Below are positions 25,587 to 39,854 of a stretch of 64,000 bases of DNA, piece after piece. Position 1 is the first letter of the stretch. Each line of letters begins with the position of its first letter. Source of the stretch: Malacoraja senta (Eukaryota); NCBI GenBank assembly GCA_038087875.1, contig CM076000.1:1116001-1180000 (forward strand), given 5' to 3'. A model generated the notes under the pieces. The model was not told where the DNA came from, ran no database searches, and worked only from the letters and a program-made list of their open reading frames with translations. A program made the translations under genes and the position numbers.

Positions 25587-26466
25587 GTACCAGTAATTAG
25601 ATTTATTTGTAACAGATTCATAGGTAAACAAGTAACAAAACAAGCTAAATTAGTAGGTACACAAAAATGCTGGAGAAACTCAGCGGGTGCAGCAGCATCT
25701 ATGGAGCGAAGGAAATAGGTAACGTTTCGGGCCGAAACCCTTCTTCAAAGCTAAATTAGTAGCTTACCACCATAAAATGCTTGAAATGCATTACAAATCC
25801 ATTCATTTTTATAAACTCCTCAAATTGGGAGGCTAACAACAGGCCTGAACAAAATAAGGATTTCCTCTCCACTCCAGTTACTGAGTTACTGAGTTACTCC
25901 AGCATTTTGTGTCTACCTTGCATGTTAGTAAAAGTCATTAGAGAAGATTAGTACTGGTATTGTAAGAATGTGATGCCTCTTTTCTCAAGTGCATGTTCAT
26001 GTCAGAGTAATTAAAGAGACTAGGAGACAATAAGATCCAATGATAATATCCTTAAAGATTCTGGTCATATCATTGACTTCTTGAAGGACTGAGATTCAGG
26101 TATGGGCAGAGTTGGTGTACATTGATACAACCTTGAGCTGGGAGAATTTTTATTTTTTGACATTTTCGCTGTGTCCACAGCAATCTCCTGTCCCCTAGAA
26201 TTGCCACAGCAAAGAATGCAGTAATTAATTGATTGAGGTCAATTAATTGAGTCTGAGGAAGGGTCCCAAACCCAAAACGTCATCTAACCATGTTCTCCTG
26301 AGATGCTGCCTGACCCACTGAGCTACTCCAGCACTCCGTGTCTTCTTTTGTAAATCAGCATTTGCAGTTCCTTGTTTCCACTATTCTTCCAGGCTAATTA
26401 ATTCCCCATTCAATTAAATTGACGAGAATTTCTCAGTCAGTCCCACCTTCTTTACCTCTTCTTCCT

Positions 26467-26878
26467 TTGGAATTCAGAAGACTGAGGGGGGATCTTATAG
26501 AAACTTACAAAATTCTTAAGGGGTTGGACAGGCTAGATGCAGGAAGATTATTCCCGATGTTGGGGAAGTCCAGAACTAGGGGTCACAGTTTAAGGATAAG
26601 AGGGAAGACTTTTAGGACCGAGATGAGGAAATCGTTTTTTACACAGAGAGTGGTGAATCTGTGGAATTCTCTGCCACAGAAGGTAGTTGAGGCCAGTTCA
26701 TTGGCTATATTTAAGAGGGAGTTAGATGTGGCCCTTGTGGCTAAAGGGATCAGGGGGGTATGGAGAGAAGGCAGGGATGGGATACTGAGTTGGATGATCA
26801 GCCATGATCATATCAAATGGCGGTGCAGGCCCGAAGGGCCGAATGGCCTACTCCTGCACCTATTTTCTATGTTTATGG
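26467..26878 (+). mobile_element. CR1 3' fragment
   Basis: LEFRRLRGDLIETYKILKGLDRLDAG..., nearly identical to the 3' end of the 52983-56014 copy. Confidence 0.92.
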
Positions 26879-28208
26879 TCTTATCTCAGTTATGGATAAT
26901 CTTATAATGGAAAGCATGCTTTAAAAGTTAACCAAAATGACAGGTGCAATAACCTCACAGTGAACTTCCCCTACACGATCACTCAGTTTCCAAGTCGTTG
27001 CTGCAGCTGATTGGCATCCCCAACTTTTAGAGTTATATTCTAATGTCCTTGCATTCTGAGAAAATTACTACCACTTTACAAACGATTGTTGTTGATGTTT
27101 CTACAGCGGAGCCAATGGATTGAGTGTGGTAAAAAGTGCAAATTAATTTATTACAATGCATAAGTACAAGATGGAAAAAAGGAAAAGTAGAACAAAATGG
27201 GAAGAATCCTGCGTAGAGAATAAGACTGAGTAATCTGTTTTCAAGATGTAAATTTGAATGGAATGACTTGGCAAGTGAGCAGACTCAGCAATCTGGTAGA
27301 TGTGCAGTGGTGAGAATTAATAAAAAAATATGGCATAGCAAGCTATGGAATTTCAGGAGATGCATGTTAATACGCACACTAATAATAGTATAACATTTAT
27401 AAAGTTTTACATTAAATCTAGATTGTTCATTAAATAATCATTTAGACTTTTAATTTTCTTATGGAATGAAGTTATATTCTGTATGCCTTTAAAATTTCAA
27501 TGTGGTCGGCTGGCAGCCAGATGTGCTGTGGTTACTCAGGCAGGTTGGACGAGAATTGTTGGCCGGTTAAAGTGTACATACCAGAGTGCATTATGGACTT
27601 CTATCACTGCGTTGCAGAAGTATGGAACGTCCTGGAGATCAGATATCAATCCATATGACCTTCTGCTCCATGCCTGGACTCACCACTTAACGTTATGCTC
27701 GTCACAGTTGGTCACAATTCAATGGAGTTGCCAGTTTTCATTATAAAGGAAAGATTTAAAAAAAAATTACTTCATAACTGTTAATATTATGTTTTCAATT
27801 AGTTGACATGATATAGTTGTGCTTTCAAATAAGTTATTCAAAGTATTTTTTAATTTTTATAATTTGAAAGTATTTTCACTGTTTCTAGATTGTCGGAAAA
27901 GTCTTTCTGATATCATGAACTGCCACTAAGCTATCTGGGAAGTCTAATGGTGGGCCATCAGTTTATGCTGTCTGAAGATAGACACAAAATGCTGGTAACT
28001 CAGTGGGTCAGGCAGCTTCTCTGGAGAAAAAGAATAGACTGTGCTGTCTGACTCCTGCTCATGTGCTCTCTATCACGGGGAGTGAGCCCCAAGGTGTTTG
28101 GGATCCAGATGTGTGACCACGGGAATCTGATCCATCGGGTTAAACTGAATATTTGGAATTAAATGATCTCTTTTGGCAAGAAAACAATGCTTCCAAATGT
28201 TTTCACAG

Positions 28209-28390
28209 GATGTTAAAAGCATGCTTGGTGGACAGATCATACACACTCCCCTCTCCAACCAGTCATCTGGTAACCTGGCATTACACTTGAGCAGCCCTAT
28301 GATGATCTCTCAGACTCCCACAATGACGCTCCAGAGAGATGGCACTGTTGGTCAATTAAGTCCCAACTTCAATCAAGATGGGCATTTAAG
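28209..28390 (+). CDS. NPAS2: NPAS2 coding exon
   Basis: ttcacag|GAT...AG|gtaaa, 182 nt. Ends SPNFNQDGHL(R), similar to SPDFSHDRQLR. Confidence 0.88.
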
Positions 28391-29327
28391 GTAAACACAA
28401 TTGTTATTTTCTAGAATTACAATCAATGAACCACAGATTTATAGAGATTTACAGCACAGAGTGAGAACTTTCATCCTTTTCATTGCTAAAGAAATCTTTG
28501 ACAAAGGTAAAGTGGTCACTGCTGCCGATGATCAGCCACAATTGTGTTGAATGGTGGGAGCAGGCCAGTTGGCCTTCTCCTGCTCCTACAGTCCATGATT
28601 GTATTTCCATGCTGACCAAAATTGAAGCAATCTAGATTATTTTAACTCTTTGACCTTAGCTAGTTACAGACTAGGTCTAAAATTTGTATCTTTCAAGTAC
28701 ATAAGCCCATTTTCGGGCTATTGTTTTTCATCATCTGCTTACATTTTTCAATAACAGCATTTACCCCATGCAAATTATTTTCTGCCAGCCTTTTTCTTCA
28801 GCGGTGGGTTGTCTTTTATAGGTTCAGATATAGACTTACTTTCTCACAATAGATGAGAGCAGAACAAATCAATTATTTCCACACATTTAGCTGCATTGGC
28901 CTGTCTTTTTTCTCACTGCTCCCCATTTTCCCAGTCATTTTGTAGTCCATGTTTGTGTCTGTGTGAATAATGTAGTGGCCAAAGTAGAGTTTATCTTGTT
29001 TTTCCCATCATCAGATAATTAATTAGGCTTTTCAAAGGAAATCACAGATGAAGTCTCATTAAAGAGGCTTTGCAACGTTGTGCAAAGCTAACTAAAGCCG
29101 ACCTAAAATAATGCATATAGTTAAGAGCGAATAAATAATAATATATAAAAACGATATATATTTTTCTAAAATATATATTTGTATAAATTTAAAAAATATA
29201 TAAAAACAAGGTGTGGTTAAAGTGGCTAAATATTTTGACATTGACATTGACATTTGACACTAGCACGTCTGGCCCCTATTTGTAAGTTACACTGTAAGTT
29301 ACAGCTTTTCAAGTACTCATCCACATA

Positions 29328-29645
29328 TCATAGTCATGCACCATAGAAACAGGCCCTTTGTTCCAACTTGCCTATGCAAACCAAAATGTCCCATCTACAC
29401 TGGTCTCACCTGCTCGCATTTCATCCATATCCCTCTAAACCTTTCTTATCTATACACCTCTCCAAATGTATTTTATATGTTGTGATAGTACCTGCCTCAA
29501 CTACCTCATCTAACGGCTCTTTCCATATACCCACCATCCTATGTGTGAAAAGATTGCCCCTCAGGTTCCAATTAAATCTTTCCCCTCTCACCTTAAACCT
29601 ATGTCCTTTGGTTCTTGGTTCCCCTTCTCTGGGTAAAAGACTCAA
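29328..29645 (-). mobile_element. Degenerate CR1 3' fragment
   Basis: RTKGHRFKVRGERF...FTHRMVGIW on -. Confidence 0.85.
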
Positions 29646-30312
29646 ATGCGAGAAGGATCTCTGCTACCCATTCACACAGCAAGTTTCATATCCCCACAAC
29701 TCTTTGAGCCAGGACCCCTCGGCTCCAGACTTGGAAATTCAGCCCTTCAGCCAGTATTTGGACTACTGTTTTATCTAACATAGGTTAAAGAGCCGAGTTC
29801 TAGTGATGCTTGGGGGAGAATTAATTGTCCATGTCATCCTGCATTTTGGATATTCTTACAAACCCCCCGAAGGGGAGACCTTAAACAGGGAAATGGACCT
29901 TATGGAAGAAGAAGTAGGCCTCAGTAGTAGGCCCAGATTCACCCCCTTGTAAATCAACACATTTACCAGCATTACCACCTTATTCTTAGGTCAATGATAT
30001 AATGCACACAGGAATAGTATAGAATGAGCATACTCCTCCCTGCAATTTCAAGGAATGGGTTAGGCAGAAGCAGCCTGTAGCTGCCTTAGTAGGACTGGAG
30101 GAAGGGAATTCAGACTCTACGGAGAGGAGTCTTGGTTTAGGTTTATTATTGTCACATGTCTAGGTTCAGTGAAAGCTTTATTTTGCATGCTATCCAAACA
30201 AATCAGATATACTATACATAGATACAATTAGTTGAAACTCAAGTAAATAGATAGAGCATAGGGGAATGCACAGGGTGCAGAATATAGTTCTCAGTATTGT
30301 AGCGCACTGTAA

Positions 30313-30550
30313 AGGGCCTGTCCCACATTCACGACCTAATTCACGACCTCTGCCGAGTTTGCCCTTGACTCATACTCGCAGCATGGTTGTCACAAGGTCG
30401 TAGGAGGTCGTAGGTAGGTCATAGGTAGGTTGTGATGCTAGTCATAGGTACTCATGGCATCAAGTAGGTCGGGGCATTTTTCTAGCCTGATGAAAAATGT
30501 CCACGAGTAAAAAAGGTCGCGAATTAGGTTGTGAAAGTGGGACAGGCCCT
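30313..30550. mobile_element. PIF/Harbinger-type MITE inserted in a Rex1-like fragment
   Basis: Perfect TIR AGGGCCTGTCCCAC / GTGGGACAGGCCCT with a TAA 3-bp TSD on both sides; 238 bp. Confidence 0.85.
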
Positions 30551-30669
30551 TAATGCAGCAGTTCCTTAGACAAAGTCCAATGTCGTCAGAGGTTAATCGA
30601 ACAATTACCCTGACTAATAGAAGGACTGTTTAGCAGAGGGGAAGAAACCTGTTCCTGAGTTTGGTAGTT

Positions 30670-30869
30670 NNNNNNNNNNNNNNNNNNNNNNNNNNNNNNN
30701 NNNNNNNNNNNNNNNNNNNNNNNNNNNNNNNNNNNNNNNNNNNNNNNNNNNNNNNNNNNNNNNNNNNNNNNNNNNNNNNNNNNNNNNNNNNNNNNNNNNN
30801 NNNNNNNNNNNNNNNNNNNNNNNNNNNNNNNNNNNNNNNNNNNNNNNNNNNNNNNNNNNNNNNNNNNNN
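30670..30869. other. Assembly gap (200 N)
   Basis: Run of n followed by a CT-rich tract. Confidence 1.
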
Positions 30870-32080
30870 CTCTTTTTCTCTTTTTTCTCTTTTTCTCTCT
30901 TTCTCTCTTTCTCTCTTTCTCTCTTTCTCTCTCTCTTTCTCTTTCTCTCTCTTTTTCTCTCTTTCTCTTTTTCTCTTTTTCTCTTTTTCTCTCTCTCTTC
31001 CCCTCCTCTCTCTCTTCCCCTCCTCTCTCTCTCTTCCCCCTCCTCTCTCTCTCTTCCCCTCCTCTCTCTCTCTTCCCCTCCTCTCTCTCTCTTCCCCTCC
31101 TCTCTCTCTCTTCCCCTCCTCTCTCTCTCTCTCCCCCTCTCTCTCTCATGCCCCCCTCCACCGCCTTATCCTAGGACCCCTCCTCTCCATCTCTCGCACT
31201 GATCCCCATTCCCGCCTCTATTCAGTCCTCACTCACATTCCCTGTGCTCCCCTCCCCATCTACCACCCTCCCTCCAATCTATTCATCCTGCACTGATCTC
31301 CCTATCCACCTCACATTGATTTTCCTGCCACACCCCATCCATCCTAGACTGCGCCCCCCAATTCATCCTGTACTGCCCCCCCCATTCATCCTGTACTGCA
31401 CCACCCATTCATCCCGTACTGACCCCCCCATCCATCCTTTAGTGATCTCCCCATCAATCCTGTAGTGATCTCCCCATTCATCTTTTACTGATTCCCCCAT
31501 CCATCCTGTAGTGAACCCCTCATTCATCCTGCACAGACCCTCCGATCCACACTGTACTAACCCCCCCATTCATCCTGCACTGATCCCCTCATTCATCCTT
31601 TACTGAACCCCCCATTCATCCTGCACTGCTCCCCCCATTCATCCTGTACTGAATCCCCCATTCATCCTGCACTGATCCCCCCATTCAAGAAGAATGGGGG
31701 GATCAGTCTGAAGAAGGATCTTGACCCAAATCGTTGCCTATTTCCTTCGCTCCGTAGATGCTGCCTCACCCGCTGAGTTTCTCCAGCATTTTTGTCTACA
31801 CCCATCCATCCTGTACTGATCCTCCCATCCATCCTGTACTGATCCCCCCCATCCATCCTGCACAGAATCCCCCCGTCCATCCCATACTGATCTCCCCATT
31901 CAACCCCCACTGACATCGCCCGTGCTCTCCCCCCACACGTTTACCTACTCCAACCAACACACACTAATTCCCCTGCCTCAATCCATCCATTCTGCACCGA
32001 TTGCCTTCTCAAACCCCCCCCCCCCCCCCCCGCCATCTATCCATCCCGCACTGATTCCCCACCCCCCCCCCCCCCCACCC
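30870..32080 (+). repeat. Polypyrimidine tract followed by a ~21-bp degenerate minisatellite
   Basis: CT repeats to ~31150, then many CCCCCATTCATCCTG(T/C)ACTGA units, interrupted at ~31700-31798 by a Penelope-derived short repeat. Confidence 0.9.
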
Positions 32081-32889
32081 TATTGTGCTGGAAATGTCTT
32101 CAGAGCGAACATTGACTATGTTTGATAACGGAATGCAATCAAATGTGTTTTAATTCCCAATGTTATTATTTGTTTTAATCCATAAAGATGAACACGTGAA
32201 ACATTAAAACCGCAGTGTTCGATTGTCACTGCTACGTTGACACGTTATTACAGAATTCATTTTAACGGCAAATCAATGCTCTTAATATGGAGTATCAGTA
32301 CTGTAGTTATTTAATGAGCTACATTCACAACTATACGTTGGATTTATCCAGTTTTACTTCTACAGTCGGTCATATACATCAACAATTTGGTCAGGAGATA
32401 TTTCAGTTGAAATTTTAATGTTAATTCTGAAGTGGGAATGATGGAAACAGCGTTTATCAATTTTTTTTTTTAATCTGGTGCGTACAAACTGGGCATCTTC
32501 ATTGCTGTTCACAACATACACATCTAATCTGAATGTCCGGTAATGTGGCATTTTGACACCCTTAAACATATTACCAAAAGAACATTTGCTGCAGTTATGT
32601 CCTTTGGCCGTCTCTTGTCAGTTAGTATAATGTTTAACCTGTCAGATGGGTATAGTCGGTTTTAACAGCTATTATCATAAAATGTCTTTAGAATTTTCTT
32701 GCAACCTGTATATTTTGTTGTGGATAAATTATGTGGGAAGCGAGAGTGTTTCTGTACCAATAGCAATAACGACCCATGCTATGGCCATGTCATGATAATT
32801 TTCGGTCCTTCACAGAAAACATGCTTGCATCAATCCGTAGTGTGCATGGTTAAGCATATATGTTACCATGGTCCAGGATTTATTGACAC

Positions 32890-33229
32890 AGGTTGATCAT
32901 ATGCTGAATAATCCAACCACATTTTTGTTTGGAAGTGGAAAGAGATAATAGAAATTGCAATAATTTCAATGTGTAAAAAGAGTTGAGATACTGTATTATA
33001 ATTTTGCTGCATGTCATTGTGGTATATATCATGTCTTGATTTAGATTGTGACTTTATTAGAAGCAGAAATAATATGTGAATGCTTCATTGAGCATAATTC
33101 CGATTGGTAATTATTACACGTGTCATGCAAGCCGTCTTAAATGACCACCTAAACTGTCATTTGGCAACCTAAAAAGCTGCCTAGGTTGCCTGGCTTGCAA
33201 CAGGGGGAAAAAGTTAAGTGAGAGCCCTG
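32890..33229 (-). mobile_element. DNA-transposon terminal fragment (CAGGGCTCTC end)
   Basis: Reverse complement of 7042-7407. Confidence 0.7.
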
Positions 33230-34729
33230 ACAAGACTTTATGTTGGCTGCTTTTCCATGGCAACATGAAGTGTAGATGGAGTCAATGGTGGGAAGTCTGG
33301 TTTATGTAATGGACTGGGCTACATCGACAACTCTCTGCAATACCTTGCTGTCTTGGGCAGAGCTGTTGCCAAACCAAGCTGTGATGCAACCTGACAGTAT
33401 GCTTTCTATGGTGCAGAAGTTTGCAAGACTCACTGGATTGTTAGAGATTCTGAAAACACCTAGTTTAATCTTTTTAATAACTTCCCCATGTCTTTATTGG
33501 AATTAAATCTTTCGTTCCTTCTCTTTAATTATCTTCCTGCACTTGAATTCTTTAAATTCAGCCACGCTAACTTTCACTTCTAAGATTATGCAGTGTTTTT
33601 CCAGTTCATTTGGACCACTGATGCCCACTTTCTTTCAGTGCACTGACCAGCTGTAACTTTCAGCAATTTACAGTGGAAAACCATGAAACCCTAAAATAAG
33701 CCTGACTAAAGGCAGATGTGATTCGATGATTTGCTACTCAAAATCAGGGTTACTAGGTACATAGAGTCAGACAGCATGGAAACAGGCTCTTTGGCCCAAC
33801 TTCTCCATGCCTACCAAGATGTCCCATCTACGCTGGTCCACCTGCCATGTTTGGTCCATATTCCCCTAAACCTTTCCTATCAATGCGGGACAAGAATGTT
33901 TAACCATACTCACAGCACATGTTATTTTTATTTCATTTTATCCTTGACATGGCTGTATTAAGCCCAGTTCACATTTTCTGCTAATTATTTACACAATGTG
34001 ACTGCAATGCAACTGCAATGGTAATTGCAATGTATATCATAGACTCTTAACCAAAAAAAAAGCCATGCAAGAATAAACAATTGAAAATAAGATCTAAAAA
34101 GTTAATTTTGGAGTTGCATTCAAACAAGTATTGTGATTTTTCTATTTCTGACATAAAATCTGGGAAATATTGTCTCTCCATTACTGCTCTGCTTGAATTG
34201 TGTTAATATATTGATATTAAAACTCCAGACATTCTTGGCAGGAACTTTCTGTGATAGATGTGAATGTCTGAAAACATGAGTGATTTTCACCCATGTTTTA
34301 CATATTAATGGGATATAACTACGGTGAAAATTTATTAAACTCTGACAAAAGGTCACAGACCTGATACGTTGAGTGTTTCTCTTTCCATAAAGGCTGCCTG
34401 ACATGCTGAGCTTTTCTCAGCATTTTCTGTTATTGTTGAATATCTCCTCTGTGGTTTATCCTTGGGAATATAATTATACATAGCATTTAAAAAAATAACT
34501 GCAGTGTGAGTGGACTAGCCTCTAATCTCAGTTTCACCAAACCTATTTTAGCTTGATTGATCTCATAATTAATCAACTAAAGTTTCTATATGTGGATAGA
34601 ATATTTGAGAACATGATGCATGTTTGCAACTATCAGTCTATTGTATTTGAAGTAGCAGCTAGCTGGAAAAAAACATACTTAAGAAATGACTACAATATGT
34701 GAGCTATTATCATTGTTTTCTGCTTAAAG

Positions 34730-34822
34730 AATGCTACTAAGTCAACCTATTCAACCAATGATGCCCATTACCTGCCACACAAGACAACCCATGGAGTTCA
34801 ATATCACAGGACAACAAGCTAA
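34730..34822 (+). CDS. NPAS2: NPAS2 coding exon
   Basis: taaag|A...AA|gtatg, 93 nt. Translates [30 protein letters not shown](K); [11 protein letters not shown] is NPAS2-specific. Confidence 0.94.
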   Translation, partial: NATKSTYSTNDAHYLPHKTTHGVQYHRTTS

Positions 34823-35399
34823 GTATGTCAAATCTAAGTGCCATGGTTCCCATTGTGGCTAAACCTTGTGTTGTAGCTCTGTGATCTTTCATATGTGTCT
34901 GTCATCTGGATCAATAGACATTTGTCTAGGGCAAATGTGAACTCCAACATTTATAGAAACTTCTAATTTGATCTTGATTGCTCATATCTGTATTAAGGAG
35001 AAATTGATAGCTAATAATTTGGGCTTTGTAAAATCAAGAAATATTTGAAATAGTAAGAAATTGTTGAAAGGGGTGGAGGAATGGGGAAAAAAGGTCTTTA
35101 AAAGGATGGAAGACAGGAATGTACATAAATGATGAATGATGATAATGCAAGGCACAGATAGATAAGTGTTGCACAGGAAAACAAAGAATAGCTGATGGAT
35201 CAGACTCATTATCAAGTATTTATTATCCAGAAATGGCTATGAGCTAACGGCTCAGTAACAGCCATCGTTTTACCAATCAATTCAACGAATTGCGATCCAT
35301 GACGCTGGCAAGATTTCATCTTTAAATACTTAAAGCGATCTAGTCCATTACCTTACAATCTATTGATGTTGATATTTTTTCCACAAATGTATCTTACAG

Positions 35400-35586
35400 G
35401 TACTCACAAGGACAGGAGGTTCCACACAATTTGGCAACACAGCCAGTGAGAAATAGTGTGCCAATAGTCTCCAATACTGTGCTTATGGGTCAAATAATAA
35501 CAGCTCCAGGATTTTCTACACCGCATTCATCCCTCTCTCAGCAAACTATGCAACTTCAACAACAGCAGCCGCAACACTACTTACAG
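35400..35586 (+). CDS. NPAS2: NPAS2 coding exon
   Basis: ttacag|G...CAG|gtaaa, 187 nt. Translates YSQGQEV...VLMGQ...QQQQPQHYLQ. Confidence 0.92.
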
Positions 35587-36084
35587 GTAAATTATTAATG
35601 ATCTTGTAGCTGAAACAAACCAAACTGTATCTGGGTTTAGAGGTTTGATGATCACAATGGTCTTACAGTGTCCACAATAAGTTTGAATGCCTCTTTGCAC
35701 CATACATAAGCTATTATTTACCTCTGAAGAAGACAATGAGGTCACGCTCAATTTCAAGATGTGAGCACATAATATTTCAGTGACCTTTTGTATCAGATGT
35801 TTGGCAAAGGCTGTAAGCCCCTGCTAAGATTATCATACATTTTTTAATGCCATACTTGTTTCCTTTCAATTGATTTCAACCAGCTTTTACCATTTTTCTC
35901 TTTTACACTTTAAAGATTTTAAAATTATTATTTACTATTTTATGTCTGCTATTTCTGAAGTGCTGTTCATTGCAACACATTCTGTTTTAAAGGGCACCGT
36001 TTCATATGCTTGTACAGTTGTACAATTATAAATTGGGTTAATTACACATCTGGTAATCAGGAATTTGTTTTAATCTATCAACAG

Positions 36085-36231
36085 ACACAAACATCTGGCT
36101 CCCTGCAAGGTGAACAATCAGAACTGCTCTTACTCCCTTCCTATTCACAGCAACAGGATATTATGGGATACCATTCACAACCTCAGCAAAGACACCAAGT
36201 TCAGCACCTCTCTGAGTCATCAAACGTATAA
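36085..36231 (+). CDS. NPAS2: NPAS2 terminal coding exon
   Basis: caacag|ACA...TAA. Translates TQTSGSLQGEQSELLLLPSYSQQ...HLSESSNV*. The 12 exons sum to 1516 nt in one open frame. Confidence 0.92.
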   Translation, partial: TQTSGSLQGEQSELLLLPSYSQQQDIMGYHSQPQQRHQVQHLSESSNV

Positions 36232-36280
36232 CTCACCTACCAGTCTTTCAATGATGAAAAAATATATACTTCAAACCCTG

Positions 36281-36286
36281 AATAAA
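36281..36286 (+). terminator. Candidate proximal NPAS2 poly(A) signal (distal candidates at 37662 and 37822)
   Basis: AATAAA 50 nt after the stop, followed by T/GT-rich sequence. Further AATAAA hexamers lie in the AT-rich sequence downstream. Confidence 0.4.
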
Positions 36287-38055
36287 CACAATGTTTATTC
36301 TTTTGGTTTAACGAATCAGCAGCTAATGTGCTGAATTATCATTGTCTTTGTGGTAAGGAAAGGTCCACCATGGATTTTAAGGCAACTGGTGGTCCGGCAC
36401 CTCCTTTAATCCATACAAAATTACAAAAACGCCCCTTCCAGAAATCCCCCCGAAAGTGTGGCATTTAGGCTAGTTGAGGTGGCCAATCTCAACCTCATTA
36501 GGACTTCCGCGCCGATTGGCGGGTTGAATTTGCCCCCTGCAGCAGGGGCTCTGGAAGTCCAGCCTGGCCAAACGTGGCAGATCCGTTCCCTTAGCATACT
36601 TCCCTGACCGATTTTGAAGGCCAGTATCTCGGCACCTCAGCCGCTTAGGCAGACTGTTCCAGTACCATTGGACTCCTCTCAGAGGCCGTGACCTCTGTTG
36701 GTCTGGCAAAATGGATAATCCAGAAAGGCTCTGGAACCAAGGAGGCCGGAAAATCGGTGGTGGATTTGTAATTATAAAATATGTTAAAATATAAAGTTTC
36801 AAAACAGATCATAAGAACATACTTTAACTACATTTCTATTCCTTGAAAGTGGAATTAGAATGACACATTTGAAAGGTTCTTTCCGTTTTTAATTATGGGT
36901 CACAATGATATGTTTGATTGTTATCATTCAGTTTTTTCATCATTTGAATACAAAGTGATTGCGTCCGCTGCATCTAATGTATTAAAACACAAGTGGCATT
37001 TTGAATTTGTAGAAATGATTATTGAGTTTGTTCCTCGGCTCACACGCATGGTCCAAGCATAAATAGTACAGTGGTTACATTTTCTACATATTGATGGTAA
37101 TTTTGTAACTGCAGCTGGAAAAGACTTTGCTTCTCATCAACACATTTCAGAAATCCAGGTCTCATCACTTGATTATTCAACAATGGGCAATGTGTACCAG
37201 CATTTCCAATATACAATCTTATTGGAATTTTGCAATCAAAATTGCAATAGCAGGAATTTGCTGCAGATATAGTTAGCTAGCCAGTAATTCCCCATGCCTT
37301 TTCTAAATTTTGTTAATACATTGCAAATTTTAGTACGGGAGAATTCAAGCCTTGTGAGAAAAATATACCCTGTGCACAAACTTAGCTTTTATGTTTGCAA
37401 TGTAACCCTGTTCATGTTATGTATTGAACATATCTTTTACAATTTCCTGTGGTAAATAACAAAGTTAGTACATTTAAGGAACATACTTTGGCCAAATCCT
37501 TTCAGCCCTGTGGGATGTTTTCATTTTGTTAATGTAACAACTAATAATTAAAAAGCATCAATTCTACAACACTGGACATTAAAAAAGAACGTTGTGCAGT
37601 ATGATTTTCAGAAACATGCACTTTTTCTGATTTGTATGTTTTGTTAATGCTGTATTTGTTAAATAAAATTCTCTAAGTAAAATGTGAGAAAGGAATTGTC
37701 TACAGAAAGATAATGTAATATATGAGATATTTCTGTATAAATGATTCTTTGAAAGTGGATTTTAGTCTAATTTTGTATAAAATGCATAAAATCATTTCAT
37801 TTTTGTCTGAGATCATTTTGTAATAAATAGTAATAGTTTATAAAGACACAAAAAAGACAGCGGTATAAATTGATGCATATTTTTATCAATACTGTATACA
37901 GTGAGCTTGCATTTCCTGTACGTTTAAGTTATTCTTAAAATTGCACAAACCAGATAACATGACCCCAAATGGCTTTGTGATTTGTCCATGTTATGAATAC
38001 AATTACAAGCTAATCGTATCCTCCCCTCCCTCCAAGTTACAAATATAGTCAATCA

Positions 38056-38700
38056 AACCGGATCCCTCTACGGCATTGATGTGCAAAGGGATCTTGGGGT
38101 CCAGGTTTGCAGCCCCCTGAAAGTAGCAACATAAGTAGATAAAGTGGTAAAGAAAGTGTATGATGTTTGCCTTCATTGGTCGGGGCACTGAGCATAAAAG
38201 TCAGGAAGTCATGATGCTGTTATTTACGGCTTTGGTGCTGCCGTATTTGGAATATTAAATGCAGTTCAGGTCTCCCATTACAGGAGGGATATGGAAGTTT
38301 GGGAGAGGCTGCAGAAGAGGTTTACGAGAATGCTGTCTGTATAAGAGGGTATTAATTACAGGAAGAGGTTGGACAAACTGGGATCGTTTTCTTTAGAACA
38401 CTGGAGGTTGAGGGGAGATATGATAGCATATTCAATTATGAGATACATACTGTAGATAGGATAAACAGTCAAAAGTTTTTTCCTATGGCGGAAATGTCAA
38501 AGACTAGTGGGCACAGCTTTAAAGTAAGAGAGACAACATTTAAAGGAAATGTTGGGAGGGATGGGGTTTTTTTACACAGAAGGTGGTGGGATTCTGAAAC
38601 GCACTGCCGGGGGTAGTGGTGGAGGCAGATATGATGATGGTGTTTATGAGGCTTTTAGATAGGCACATGGATATGCAGGGAATGGAGGGATACAAGACAC
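38056..38700 (+). mobile_element. Degenerate CR1 3' fragment
   Basis: Decayed RT C-terminal coding sequence colinear with the other CR1 copies. Confidence 0.8.
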
Positions 38701-39854
38701 TCCCTGAGCCAATGATGTTTTTGGAACAAGACCCTTCTTTAGACTGACTACAGATGAAGTCCAGAGACACAGGAAACTGCAAACACTGGAATCTTAATGA
38801 AAGCACTAAGTTCTGGAGTAACTCAACAGGTCAGACAACATCAGTGGAGAAATGAACAGGCGATTCCGTACAGATGCAGCATGTCTGAAGAAGAGTCCCT
38901 TCCTGAAACATAGCCTGACGATCTCCCTCCACAGAAGCTGCTCGAGACCTTCAGTTCCTCCAGCACTGTGTTTTGATCAAGGTTCCAGTATCTGGTGTGC
39001 CCAGTCACAGAACCCTCTCCATCCGACTATTTTTTATTTATTGTTAATGAAATGCAACATCAGGTTTCTCAAAAGACCAGCTTCTGGAGGAACTCAGCGG
39101 GTCAGGTAGCATTCGTGGTGTGTGAAAGAGAAGGCCTATCTGAAGACCCGAAATGCCACCTGTCCATTCCCTCCATAAATGTTGCCAGACACAGCCAAGC
39201 TCCTTCAGCACTTTGCCTTCTACGCAGGATTTCGTGATCTCCTGTTCATTGTGTCTGCACTTCACTGGTCCACTGTGAAATCTCTTCAAGTTAAGCCTGC
39301 TATGGAGGTTCTCTTCCTCCCTCCATTCCTTCTCTCAAGAGATGCTGCCTGTCCCGCTGAATTACTCCAGCATTTTGTGTCTATCTTCAGTTTAAACCAG
39401 CATCTGCAGTTCCTTCCTACACAAAACCCTCACCTGTATCCACTCAGGGACCCCAACAAACATTGCCTATCCATGTTCTCCAGAGATTCCAGCAATAATA
39501 GACGTAAAAAGAGTTACTTCAGCCCTTTCTTCTTTTATAAATCAGCATCTGCAGTTCATTGCATTTCCACCTATCACTCATTAGGCTTTGTCCCGTCCCC
39601 ACTCAGTCTTCCAGCTTTCTCGCCCCTTACTACAATCAGTCAGAAGAAGGGTCCCGACCCGATGCATAAAATGCTGGAGTAACTCAGCAGGTTAGGAATT
39701 ATCTCTCGAGAAAATTTAGTGTTGCTGTTGTACTTAATAGTGTCATCTTTTTGTACATAGCACAAATGCCACTCATGTTTTATTTAATATATCTAGAAAT
39801 AATGAATTTCTTACATCAGCAGCACAACGGATATGTAAACATAGTACTCTGTTT

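Noticed and set aside
2889..36231. Calling the gene CLOCK
   Set aside because: [19 protein letters not shown] and [11 protein letters not shown] motifs and the RPL31/TBC1D8 neighbourhood indicate NPAS2.
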